The notes under the pieces are model-generated. The model worked only from the letters and a program-made list of their open reading frames with translations. It did no database searches and had not been told where the DNA came from. Shown one piece after another: positions 12,066 to 24,300 of a stretch of DNA of 64,000 nucleotides. Both the position numbers and the translations under genes were made by a program. Source of the stretch: Amoebophrya sp. A120 (taxonomy: Eukaryota; Protista; Dinoflagellata); NCBI GenBank assembly GCA_905178155.1, contig CAJINV010000001.1, positions 10,197,432 to 10,261,431 on the forward strand, written 5' to 3'. Numbering within the stretch: the first letter of the stretch is position 1; every line of letters begins with the position of its first letter.

Positions 12066-15000
12066 ATGGTCGTGCGCCGGTCGGCTCCGTCGCTGCTTGT
12101 GCACGTCCTGCATTCCCACACTTGTGGGTGGGTGTTCGCTTTCGATCCGTCTTTGAGAGGTATTGAAGTGCCCCGTCCAGCGACCAGTGACGACTTGAAC
12201 TTATCGGCATTGCATCAGCCACAGAAAGGGCTTGCGCTACAGCAACTGAGCGACACTTCCCACGCAGACGCAGCGGCGGATTCGGGAAGTCGGATTGCAG
12301 ACAAAACTAGTCGGGGTGCCGCAGTGGAGCAGATCGGCAGCGAGAATGGAAAAACAAGAACGCAGCTACAGCAGCAGCAGAAGGAAGAAACAACAGCCGC
12401 TCTTTCAGTGGAGCAAAGCAGAAAAGCTGAGGACATTCAGGGAGCGGATCTCTTTGAAGCTCTTGCGGATTTTGCCGAAACGCCGAAAGCCCATAAGGTC
12501 ACGAAGACCGTGAGTTTGAACGTGATTCAGCCCCCTCCGAAACCAAAAAAAGATCCCAACGACCTCCGAGATTTACTCCACGAGCTTGCGAGCTTCGCCA
12601 ACGCAGATGACGAGAACAGGGAAGATGTTGATAAAAATCAGAAGGTCAATGGCGCTGCCACGGAGGGCACGACCTCGGCCGCTCCAAACGTCGCAAAGCA
12701 AGCCGCGGGAAATAAAATAACCCCGAAGAAAGCATCGCCATCAGTGAAAACAGCTGGAGCCGCTGCTGGAGCGTCTTCCTCTTCGGCGGCCTCTTCAAGC
12801 GTGGTAGCCGACAAAACAAGTTTACTGCAAACCACCACGAGAACTACAAATGCAGTACGCGACCAAGATCATCCCCTCGATCCACCACAGACCACGGTTT
12901 CGACGGATGGCACGCCTCCCTTTGACCAGCGCGGCCTTATGGAAACGGAGGGTGAGAAAATACCGCCCGGCCCACCGAAAAAACTCGGACCCGGAGGGGA
13001 CATTACGGTAGACAGCGTCGCAACGGAGGGGATCGTGTTCGGCGCCCCCGGTAACACGCGGGGCATCGATTCCAAGCTTCCAACCTTCGGCTCCGAGCCG
13101 GAGTACGATGCGAAACTGGAGAAGCCGAAGCCCAAGCCACCACCGAAGAAGCCCGAGGAGAACACCGGACCGAACGTGGAGGTCCGGGGCGACAAGAGTC
13201 GCACCGTGATTGTGGCAGACCCGGACGGCAAGCCCGACGGCATGCGCCAGAAGGCAGTGCGGCAGCGCAGCGGTACTGTGGAAATCGCAGAGCACGAGCA
13301 GGAAAAGCGCGACGCGAGGCTGCACGAGACGCGGAAAATTACCCCGGACACGGTGAAGTTTGATCCGCTTGCGAAGGCCGGGGGCAAGGAAGCTGCGAAG
13401 GAGGACGATGGCACCAGTTCTGGGCTCGGAACAAACGTCTCGGTGAACCTCGTCCACGTGAGGCAGCAAGCAGTCGACAGGGAACGAAGTACAGATAGTA
13501 CAAAAGTCGCGCCTGCGGCTGCGCCTGCAAAGGAGATGGGCGGCCGTACTACAACTAGTGCAACATCAGAGCTGCAAGTAGAGCAAACCTCATCCTCCAA
13601 GTCCAATCAGCAAAAGGAAAAGGACGCACAACGGAGGCAAGAAGTGGAAAAAAAGCGCCAGGAGGATGTTTTGGCGAACAGCGTCGTGTACTTAGACAGT
13701 TCTGAAGAGCTTCGGGGTCCGCAGTCGGAAGACGTGCTTTCCCTCCTGGCGATGCAGGCGAGCGCTGAAGACCCGTCTCTGCGGGCCATCGAGCAGGCAG
13801 AAGAGGTCGAGGAAAGCTATGACCAGCTCAAACGGTACAATCTCAAACGTTACAATAGAATCTGAGATTTGTCTTGCATGATCAACATGACAGACTCGGA
13901 CAGCGTTCCACTTTTTGCAATACAAATTTCGCCAGATTGTAGTGCGGATTGGGACTCCAGAACTTGTCATGCGCAATCCTGTGGGAGTAGGGTAGATCAT
14001 GCACTTGTTGCAACACAAATTCCAGATTCTATTGTAACGTTTGAGATTGTAACACCTGAGCGGGTCATAAAAGCGAACACCCTCTGATTTTCCTGCAGGA
14101 GACATCGTCGAGTTATCCTGAGTAAAAACGTGCCCACACCAGAGTTGTAATGCGAATCTGCATGCTGAAAATGTTTCTCATGCGGAGCTCCATGAGAAGC
14201 ATTTTCTAGTCGTGTTTTGCAACTTGTCATGCTCCAATCAGCATGGTATGCTAGATCTGTGATGCTGCTGAGCTAGCTCAAACAGCACTATACTACGAAT
14301 CCAAATTTGTCATGCAAAACAGACAAAACTTGTGGATTTGTCCAGCCGATTCCCCATCTTGACTCTGGTGTGGGTACGTTTTTACTCTGGATACGAGTCT
14401 TCAAAAATTCAACTTCGCAGAGGAACTAGAGAAGCTTGTCGCTACCGCTCCTGCCCATCTAAGAACAAATTCCTCCGCCGCGGCAAATACCTTGACGCTC
14501 ACGTACGGACCAGATCTGTCTGCTCGAAGAGCAGGGGAAAGGCCAGATGAACTACACGAAGATGCTGAACTTCATTTTTGCCACTGTCCAGCAACAAATG
14601 TCGCTTATCCGCTCATCGCTGATAGTACGTCGACCCAACATTCAGCAGAGACCTGCAAGGGCGGAGAATTGCGAACGGCAAGAAATCAGCACACAACTGC
14701 AACTTCTGGATCAACATCCACGCAGCTGCTGCATCAAATTCCTGCTGTCCGCGTTGACTGCGGCATGTTGAAAGTGCCACAAGATGCTGCTCGTGCCGCC
14801 TCTTCTGTGAAAAATCGCGAGCATTTCTCTCCTGGTGCATTTCCGAAGAACCAAGTTCAAGAAAGACAAAAGCTCGAGATGAGAACTACAACCACGTGCG
14901 AATCTACACACGCGGAAGCTTCGCGCCAAGGCATCTGCAGATTGCCGGGTTTGAAATTTTCCGCTGCTGCAGAATGCCACCAATGCGATGCTGTGGAGTG

Positions 15001-15949
15001 CTGCCGACCAGAAAAAGTGGCCCTGGATTGTCGCGAGCAATCGCTTCGAGATACGCGAATTCGCGTCCCAACACCCGGACAAGACGCAAAAACGCACTTC
15101 GACCCGTCGCGGTTCGGGGAAATAGCGAGCGCGGCAGTGAATGCGACCAATTTAGCACACTGTGTCCGCCAGTGCCGGATGCAGCCGCGCTGCCATGCGG
15201 TTTCCTTCCATGGACCATCCGAAAGTACACTCACAGCAACATCAAACAACAACTGCGAGTTGGTCTTGGAGCAACGGTTCGTAGGCAAGCGCGCGCGAAC
15301 CAAAAAAGCGAATGCGGCAAAAAATCTACTCCCGAGTGTTGAGAAGACAAGGCTTTACCACGCCATGAAGCAAACCATGAAGGAAAACGGCTGGCACGAC
15401 GACGACACGTATGACGGCCAGGATTTTGACCTGCACGCGGACCGCACACCGCATTTGAGCATCGCTCTCTCCCTAGGCCCGGACGAGCGGGCAGTGATGC
15501 AACACGAAGCCGGCTGGTCGTCTGTCACGTTTTGTCCCTCCTGCAATGACCGCATCTTCGGCGACAAGATTTGCGGGGTGAAGGACGAAAATGCAGGCCT
15601 CTATTTTTCCTCGTCCTCTGGTGCAGTTTCTGAACAATCTTCTGGAGAGCGAGTTCCAAAAACTGTAGCAACTCCGCCGAGCGACAGCGAGCCACTTTCG
15701 CCGAAGAAAAACATCCAACAGAAGTCCAACCTTCTGATCCGTGCCATTGGGTTCGCCAGTATGGAGGAAAGTCAGCGTGTGATCAGGACGAGTCAAGAAT
15801 CTTCGCAGTTGCTAGTTTGCGCTTGTCCAGATGGAGCGGAAATCCCGGTCTACAGCGCTTTTTCTTCCGTGTCTGCTCGAGACTCGATACCACTATGCTC
15901 TGGCGGAAGGCTAATCGAGAAGGCGCGAGGCGCCGCTGCTGCCATGTAA
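12066..15949 (+). CDS. Putative secreted protein ~1113 aa with a C-terminal Cys-rich region containing a PAN/apple-like motif; exons 12066-13817, 14075-14113, 14399-15949
   Basis: ORFs 12057 and 14492 join through two TIR introns and a 39-nt micro-exon (EEVEES|EHPLIFLQETSSS|LQKFNF); hydrophobic N-terminus; motif AHCVRQCRMQPRCHAVSF...NNCEL. Confidence 0.7.
13818..14069. mobile_element. Introner non-canonical intron E8
   Basis: TIR TATGACCAGCTCA / TGAGCGGGTCATA plus a perfect 29-bp inner IR (13836-13864 / 14023-14051); perfect DR AAAGC. Confidence 0.9.
14114..14393. mobile_element. Introner non-canonical intron E9
   Basis: 32-bp TIR with 2 mismatches, TATCCTGAGTAAAAACGTGCCCACACCAGAGT (14114-14145 / 14362-14393); perfect DR CGAGT. 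Confidence 0.9.
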
Positions 15950-17106
15950 TTACTTCCTTGCTGTCATGTAGTTTTGTGTGGCCTTTTTCGCATGTTTGTT
16001 GTGATGGTATACATACACTGACAACGACGAGTGACGACCTGGCTCGAAAAAACAAAACTAAGATCGACTCCCGGCGGCCGTATTAACACCAGTGCGCCGA
16101 AATCGAGACTTCAGCTTCAGATGCAGAGAGCGGTGTGCGGGCGATCGGCGGACCAACGTATGCAAGACTCCGTGCCAGTTGGAAGCGAGCGACCAGGCCC
16201 GGCTGTGGAGGAATATTGGAGTTTGTAGCTGCATGATATTCTTCGCAACAGCGAAATTCATCGATCCCGCAAGCGAGGGAGTCGTCTGAGAATTTAGCAT
16301 CAAGACCATAGGACGAGTACAAGGACGACAAAAACTCACAAGTCTGAGTTATCTACTTATCACACTGAAAAACAATCAAAGCAAAAGCAAACTTGGAAGC
16401 GAATTTCAAATTTTTACTGAATCAACTTTAATCCTTACACTTTTACTCTTTCCAAGAACATCAACAGCATGAAATACGAGTACCAGGAACCGTTTCAATT
16501 TGAACTGATGTAGGCAGGGAAAAACCCTTGTTGCGATTCATTTGTAGAAAAAAGTTTTACAACAACGCTTACAGTTCTAGTTTTTTTCAGCATGGGGACA
16601 CACATAACGAAAACGATCTCTGAGAACACAGTTTCTTTGCTTCATCTTGTACAATAACACCATCGCGCTCGCCCTCGACGGATAATTGCTGTGAGAAAAA
16701 ATGAACCGATCCCGGAGTTGGCTTTGACATGACAACAAAAGAAGGAAAGAACAGCTGTCGTCTGTAGCAGTTACTACGATAGAAAGCTGTTACTTGGCAT
16801 CGTCACTCGATACGGCCACGCTGACGAGGTTGAGAGCAAATAAGTGCTGAGCGTGTAACGTCAATTATTACGGAAAAAGATTAGATGAAGGGAGAGGTCA
16901 AAATTGACTCATCGAGGAGACGAGTTGGAAAGCGTGTAGTGTTCTCGTCCCTGTTTCGTGTGTCGGATGTGGAGGTTGTGACTTTGCGGCTTCAACAAGA
17001 AAAAACGTGCAGAAGGATTTTACAGTGTTACAGTTTCAAGACTGACTTTGAATTTTCAGAAGTAGGTAACAAGTATGTAGGGCACCACAAGGGTTTTTTC
17101 TACAAG

Positions 17107-17868
17107 ATGCCGGCGCTGATACAGCAGTTTATTGACAAGTGGCACCACGCTGCTGCTGCAGATGCTCCGAACCATGGCGACACCTCTGCGTGGCTTGGTA
17201 AAAATCTCTCGTTGCAGCAGCACTCGAGAGCGGGGAGATCATTGACACGGAGGAATATACCGATACAATTACAAACGCCGCCATCGCACTTGTGGCCGAA
17301 TGGTCGTGGTCCTCCTCGTGCCAAAGCCAAAAGTTCATTTTTCTCGGAGGCGGAGTTTTCCAGCGGCTCGACGCAGCACAAGGTGATGTATGACCCGAGA
17401 AAAGAGGCGCTTGCGGAGGTGCGGAAAAAGGTCGTCGATGCAAAGAAAGACGATCCTAACCACACGGACCCCGAAGCTTTGAAGGACGAGTTCACGAAGC
17501 GAAGAGAGATGGAAAACGCGCATTTAATGAAGTACGGTGGGTTTTTGGGTGGCGGCCCGAGCCTCACCGGCGTCGATTGCCACCTGATGCTATTCGCCCC
17601 ACAATGCGGCTGGCGGTACGGAAACGCGGATCTTCTGGATCTGGACATCGATTTTCACAAGGAGCAAGAGCCGCATGTAGTGGAGGAGTTGATCAAGGCA
17701 GTGGACAAACGACCGAGAATGTCCCTACAGCTGCAACTTCCGAAGCCGCCACCGGTCAACGACCAAGCAGACACAACGAAGGGAATTTTGAACTCGCAGT
17801 TCGCGAAAACGTTCACACCAGATCCGAAATTTGAGAACATCAACAACGTCGCCAAGAGGCATCTGTAA
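17107..17868 (+). CDS. Hypothetical protein (single exon, start uncertain)
   Basis: Long ORF 16885-17868 with coding-like composition from ATG 17107; no recognisable domain. Confidence 0.55.
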   Translation: MPALIQQFIDKWHHAAAADAPNHGDTSAWLGKNLSLQQHSRAGRSLTRRNIPIQLQTPPSHLWPNGRGPPRAKAKSSFFSEAEFSSGSTQHKVMYDPRKEALAEVRKKVVDAKKDDPNHTDPEALKDEFTKRREMENAHLMKYGGFLGGGPSLTGVDCHLMLFAPQCGWRYGNADLLDLDIDFHKEQEPHVVEELIKAVDKRPRMSLQLQLPKPPPVNDQADTTKGILNSQFAKTFTPDPKFENINNVAKRHL

Positions 17869-18660
17869 GACGAGTTCTTGGGACCGCCCATTTGAAATAG
17901 CTGAGCTTTTGTTTCCGTTTCTGCTTGTTTATGTTTTTTGCCAGCACGTTTGTCATGCTCATGTCACGAAAGCGAAGGCGAATGTCAGAGACCAAGCAGC
18001 CAAGAAGAATTCTGAATGTACGATATCCATATCTATTTTTGAACGAAACAAAGAACAGTTACAGTAACACTAACAGCTGACGGTGACGAGCGGCTTTCCG
18101 CACTCTGGCATCAGTGAGAGTTCTACAAAAGACTTCCGGCAGCCCGAGAAAGTCGTACGAGAAGAGATCATGTTTGTTCCGCCTGACTCACGCAGTTTGA
18201 CACTGCAGAGCTTGCGTTAACCAGTTACTTACGCATCATGTCGTGACCGGGGCTGAACTGCCTTAATATCTGAACCGACGAAAAAAAAAACAATATGCAA
18301 GCTCCACGACTTTTCGCCGTTCGGCACTTTGTGAATGATCACTTGCCACCATTTTTGAGTTCTATGCACTGATTTTTGTCAGCCCAAAGAACAAGACTGT
18401 GAATATCTGTTCCTATTTCAACGTCAATTTTGTTTTCTTAAGTGTTTGAAGAAAATGAGAAAAATAGACAGCCAGGGCTACGCATCTCGTTTTACTCTGT
18501 CTCTCTTATTCTTCACAAGCGACAGTACGTAGGTACGATGACTCTCCTTTCTCGCCTTGTTTTGTTCGACATACTTGGTTAAAGCGTTTTACGTACCAGC
18601 TACCTTATCATTATTTTCCTTCTATAGCGACAGTGGCATTGGCAAGACAGCCGATCAAAA

Positions 18661-20735
18661 ATGGGCGACTGGTGCTTGATCGAATCCGACCCCGCGGTTT
18701 TCACCGAATTGGTGGAAAAGGTCGGCGTCAAGGGTGTCAAATTCGATGAAGTGTTCGACATCGATCTCGTCCCACGGGAATCTTACGGTCTCATTTTTCT
18801 CTTCAAGTGCAAAAAAGCAACAGAAAAAAGACAAGTCGTCGCCAATCCGCCCCCCGGACTCTTTTTTGCGAAGCAGGTAATATCTTCTGATTTATTTTCT
18901 GTATGTTTGATGAAAGCAGGACCAGGAGCAGCCACAAGTGTGAGTAGCCCACAGAAGTACAGATGAAACAGAAGCGAAAAAGCAGCCGGCTCCTGCCGAG
19001 AATCTGGCATTCCTCAAATGCATCCATCCCGTTCCTTGAGGTAATCACCAATGCCTGTGCGACGCAGGCAATCCTATCGGTCCTGCTGAACGCACCAAAA
19101 ATAAAGGAGCTCGGGACTACACTTACGGACTTCAAGACATTCACGGCCGCGTACTGATTTTTTTTTCGCTTTGCAGCTTCACAATATGAGAACAAGGAGG
19201 TGGACGTAGGTATCAACCCCGGCGGACCGACGCCAGGCGATATTTATCAGCTGGGGACAGAGCATAAAAAAACGTAGAAAGTGAAGCGAAGCTGCTGCAT
19301 AAACCTGTCAAGTTCGACTAACACAAATCAGGTTCGATCCGCAAATGAAAGGGTTGGCAATATCAAACCAAGACGCCGTCCGGGAAGTGCACAATAGTTT
19401 TTCGAGACAAAGCAGTTTCGATTTCGTACACGACGAAAAGGACCCGAAAGAGGATGCGTTCCATTTCATCGGGTAAAATGCATAGGCTCTGCATTATTTC
19501 GTGGATAAAGTAGAGCTTATTGTAAATAATATGCTTGATAGCGACAATCTGTCACTGTCTCTAACTTCACCTGTATAGCAACGAAGGTCGTGCGTTACGC
19601 ACCTTCTCTCATGCTTGAGTGGGTCACGCCCTCTCCTGCTTGATGATGGTGCAACCGCATCGCAACCGTGATTGTAGCAACTCCTTCTACTAGGTACGTG
19701 CCATACAACGGAAAAGTCTACGAGCTGGACGGGCTTCAGGAAGGGCCAATAGAAATCGGACCAATCAACGACGAGAACTGGATAGAAACCGTCAAGCCAG
19801 AAATCCGCTCGAGAATGGAAAAGTACGAAAATATCGTTTATCCACTTGGTCTTTCGTCTACTTTTTGTAAGTTGTTCGCAGCTTGTTTTCTCATAACGGA
19901 TGCAAGCAACCAGCTGCGATGAACTGCTGTAGCGTGTTTTTTTGCTACAACCCAATGCCAAAATGTCAAAAAAAAACGATGTCCTCACAACTTTTACAGG
20001 TATCAGAGCGAGGGTGAGGGGGAGATACGCTTTAACCTGTTGTCTATCGTCGAGGACGAGGCGTATGAGGTCGAAAAGGAAATCCTGAAGCTCCGACACC
20101 AGCGACAGCGGGCAAATATCAAAATGGTATCCTTTGGCGAAGACATATTCCTCGAGGACGAAGTAGACGATGACGACGCACCCGACGGCGTCATGACCTT
20201 TGAGGAACTGCCGGACGGTACTGCAACGCTTTTTCAATGATAGACGCGCTTTGCTGCTCTAGTAGTTTGGTGGAAAATTTTGATTCTCTTGTTTCTGGTC
20301 CTGTAACAGCAAACTGTAACGAAAGAATTCCATGGACGTTGGCTTTTTGATGCAAATCAATTTCGGGTGGTCTTGCGCTTGCCCTTGACTGATATTCTGC
20401 AACATTTACGAAATCTGAATTGGTCCAAAAATTTTGAAATGTTCCTCACAGACGTCGACGAGCTGAAAAAGTTAGCTACCGACGCAACGAGCAGCATCAA
20501 GACCCTGGAAGAGAGCATTGCCGACAGCACGAAGCGAAAGGAGCAATACAGGAAGGAAAACTCAAGAAGGCGGCACGACTACGTACCCTTCATCTTGTGT
20601 GCCCTGAAGCACCTGGCTAGAAAAGGCTCGTTGATGAATGCGTTCCAAAACGGGAAGGCAGAAGTTGAGGCACAGCTGGCGCGAGAAAAAGAACAGAAAG
20701 AAGCTGCCAAAAATCAGGCAGCTGCCGCAGCGTGA
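18661..20735 (+). CDS. UCHL5: Ubiquitin C-terminal hydrolase UCH37/UCHL5; exons 18661-18876, 19041-19150, 19332-19472, 19694-19822, 20000-20217, 20452-20735
   Basis: WCLIESDP start; catalytic Cys (NACATQA), His (DAFHFIGY) and Asp (YELDGL); IRFNLL; C-terminal ULD motif ENSRRRHDYVPFI; five GT-AG introns. Confidence 0.93.
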
Positions 20736-21349
20736 AGATGTTCATACCTCGACTACGCTTGTCACACCCTCCTGACATCGACTTTTTCAATCAGCAACAG
20801 CTTTGAAGATAGTGTGATGCTGGTTCACAGCTTCGAGCTGATTTTATGGGTATTGCACGCATATGAGAAGAAGAACAAACACAAAGCGATACATAGCCGG
20901 GACCAATGATAAGAAATGTCATTGAGGAGCATGCCGCTTGCCACTGGAAGTGAAGCGCGTTTTTTGGTTTTCTGAAGTGTTCATCTGATCTGTTCAACTA
21001 AGTTGTTGAGAGGCGTAGAAGAAGCAGCCGAAGATAGTATGTCCGCTCTTCGTCCTGCTGTTATGAGCATGCAGTCTTTAGTGTGTTCTTGTTGTTGGGC
21101 GACGTGTCGTGGGATCAGAGAAGGAACAATGAAGGAAATGGCTGAGAGCGGAGAAATGTGTCCACAGATAATTCACAGACCACACTGAGTTCCCTTTGTA
21201 GTCGACCCACTTAATCACACAAAGGAAGTGAAGTTGTTAGATTGAAATACAAATGGATGCCGGCTTGCTGGCTGTCTTGTCGGACAGTTGTACTTTGCAC
21301 GTTTAGAGGAAACGCAATTCCGTAAGCGCCACATTTTAAAATCCTTGCT

Positions 21350-24300
21350 ATGGTTGAAAATTGGTCTGTTCTGCAGCGGAGTTGTGCGGCGCTCCACGAG
21401 GCGTTGGCTTCGCAGACCGACAGCGAGCAGCAAGCGTTGGCGTCTTGGATCGCGCAAAATCACGACAGGTATGTCTTTTCCGTGGGCGACGGCGAAAGTG
21501 CGAAGAACCCACCTGCACAAAAAGAAGAAGGGCAGAATGTTGCTCTCCTCCTAATGCACACTCTTGTTTCGCGCATCTGGTCGCTCTACTTTCCGCTCAC
21601 CGATGTTATGCGTTGTCTGCAATGTCTCCGGATCCTGACCCGAGACACACGACTAGCGACAAGTCTGTTGAAACGTTTCCTGGCCTCGACGAGCTCCTTT
21701 CCCCAGCGGCCCAGCACGAACTACGGCCTCACTCGTGCCGGCGTTCCGGCCGACAATGCACAGCTGCAAGACGGTCCTGGTGGTGGCAGAAATAGGCATA
21801 TCAACGCGGCAGATAATGACCATCAGCTTCCGCAGACACGCACAGCGTGCTGGTGGGACCACGACACTGAAGGTTCTTGGATCAGCGAGCCCCTGCACAT
21901 GTCCGCACCGGAGATTTTTGCGAGAATCGTCAGCGATTACGGTCGGGCGTCAGACCAGTTACAAATTCACGAATGCGCAACCTGTGAGTTTCTTGGCGTT
22001 TTTCTGCACCTGGTCCCCGTCGTCTCCGCCTGCTCCGACACTGAGAGGTCGGTTTACTTTCCGGTTTTTCAGGAGGATCTGCTGCCGGCCTTGGCCCGTT
22101 TGCTGAAGATCCCGCACACAACGTGGACGGTGAGTCAATGCACGTTTGAGCTGCTGTCTCAAATTCTCACCGGCGCGACCCCTCACACAAGGAACAACCT
22201 CCGACAAGAGCCAGCACAACAACAGCTGGAAAGCTCAGCACACCGCCCACGACGAGCCTGCGACGAAGAAGATCTTTCTACGGCGGAGTCGACCATTATC
22301 TCCTCGGTGGGACCACAAGGAGGCACAGGAAGTGCATTTTCTCCTGGAAGTAGCACCTCTTCATCATCGTCTTCCAGCAACTTTTTACAGAGAAACCAGC
22401 TTCGGTTTTTTGAAAAATTTCACTCCGAGCGGCCGTATCGGTCCCTAGTTGAGTACATGTGCTGTCCATCCGCCTCACATAGTCAATTTAGCGCAGACTT
22501 GCTTTTCCGGTTGGTGCAAGTCCTGCAAATCGTGCCCAACCCGCTACTCGATCCTGGGCTGCGCGTGCGCACCGCAGTAAGTGTAAACGACCGCTTTCTT
22601 GGCGCCACGGCAACCACAATGCTGTCGACCGCCCAAACGCCAGCGGCGTACCGCATGGCAGCCACCGGACGCTCCTCGCGCTTCTCGGTCAATGGGATCA
22701 TGGACCACCCGTTGTCGCCGGCGAAGACCCCCGCCGCGACGGCGCAGTTTACCGCGGTCCCGGCACTGTCTGCGATTCTCTTGTTGCTGGAAAAACCGCA
22801 AACGGAACGGCAAGTGCGCGGCCGGGCGTTGGAACTGCTGGAGGTTCTGGCCCGCGACTGGCACCGCGATCCGCGCTGCACCTTGCAGTTTCTCAACGCC
22901 GACGCGGGATACGTTCTCTGGTCCGTCTTGGCGTGTCGCAAGCCTCAAAAGTGCGGCAGCGCGGAGATCGTCTGCACGCTGCGGGCGCTGACGCAACTCT
23001 CCGTCGATGACACGTTTGCTGATCGGCTGCTGCGACGCTGCATTTTTCCGGAGTTCACCTCGTCAGACCAAGATATGCGCTCTAGTACGGCCGGCGGCTT
23101 CTTTCAAATGGAACCCACGGCGACGTCCTCGACCACACCGCTTGCAGCGTACACGAACACCGTACTAGCGGAGGCTTCGGAAATATCCAGCAGCTGCTTT
23201 CTCAATAACAATACCAAAGACAACTACGGCGCGGCGTCAAGTGGCGGAAAGAACTTCGAGCAGGACGATGCGAGTGACCTTCCCGGCGATGACATGGTGG
23301 ACTTGCGACCGATTTTGAACCTGCTCCTCTCTTACCACAAAAACCGGCGTGCAAGTGCAGCTCAACGCCAGGGTCTGGAGCAGGGCATTAGAAGCGCAGG
23401 TAGCGGCTCATCATCATCTTCTGCACTGCAGCAAGTGGTCGAGCCGCTCGCAGCGCTGCGGTTACTTCGGTTTCTGTACTGCTCTGAACGAAATCGCCCC
23501 CTGATCAACATGATGCTGGGTCTGGATGTCACACTCGCCCCTACCGATTCCTTCCGCAGTATCCGCGATTACGAATGGCAGCTGGGCAAATACGAGAAGG
23601 CAGCGGCTGAATTTTTGACCGATTCCTTTCACGCTCGTTGGGACGCGCCAAGGGCCGTGACAAGGTTGCAGACTCATCTTGAGGACGCGGACGATATTCT
23701 TGGGGAAAGTAGAACTACAGCGCGTCAAGCAGTGTCTGGTGGTAATGAGGAGTATGACGCCAACCCGGCTGCACAGCCCCCGCCGACATTAGGGAGTATG
23801 ATCAGGCTACCAGATCCAGAGCAGGTAGGCACAGAAGTGCCAGCATATCATGGTACTAATGTGCCGAAGGTTTTCGACCGCAGCAAGCTGCTGGAAATCA
23901 CGACGACACTGAATACAAGTGAAGACGGAACGCCGGCGCCCGACCGGCGGCCGTCCCTGCAGACCAACATTCGAAAGATGCGCGTTGGCGGGTTCCAGAT
24001 TTTGGAAACGCTAGGCCACGGGGCGTTCGGGGCCGTGCACTGGGCGCAGGACGACCTGGGCGACTACTTTGCGCTGAAAACACTGGAAATTGACCGGAAC
24101 GAAAATAACAACGAAACTGGTGGCGGGTCACATCAATTCTTGGACTCGAGCCTGCTGGAAAACCGGTACCAGAGTTCCAGAAATTCGGCAGAGCAAGGAA
24201 AAGAACCAGGAGAACATTTTCAAGACAACTCGACGGCCTTCGACGAAGAAAAGGGAGAACAAGAGCCACTATTCCCCTCGGTCTCCCCGCGCACGCCGGC

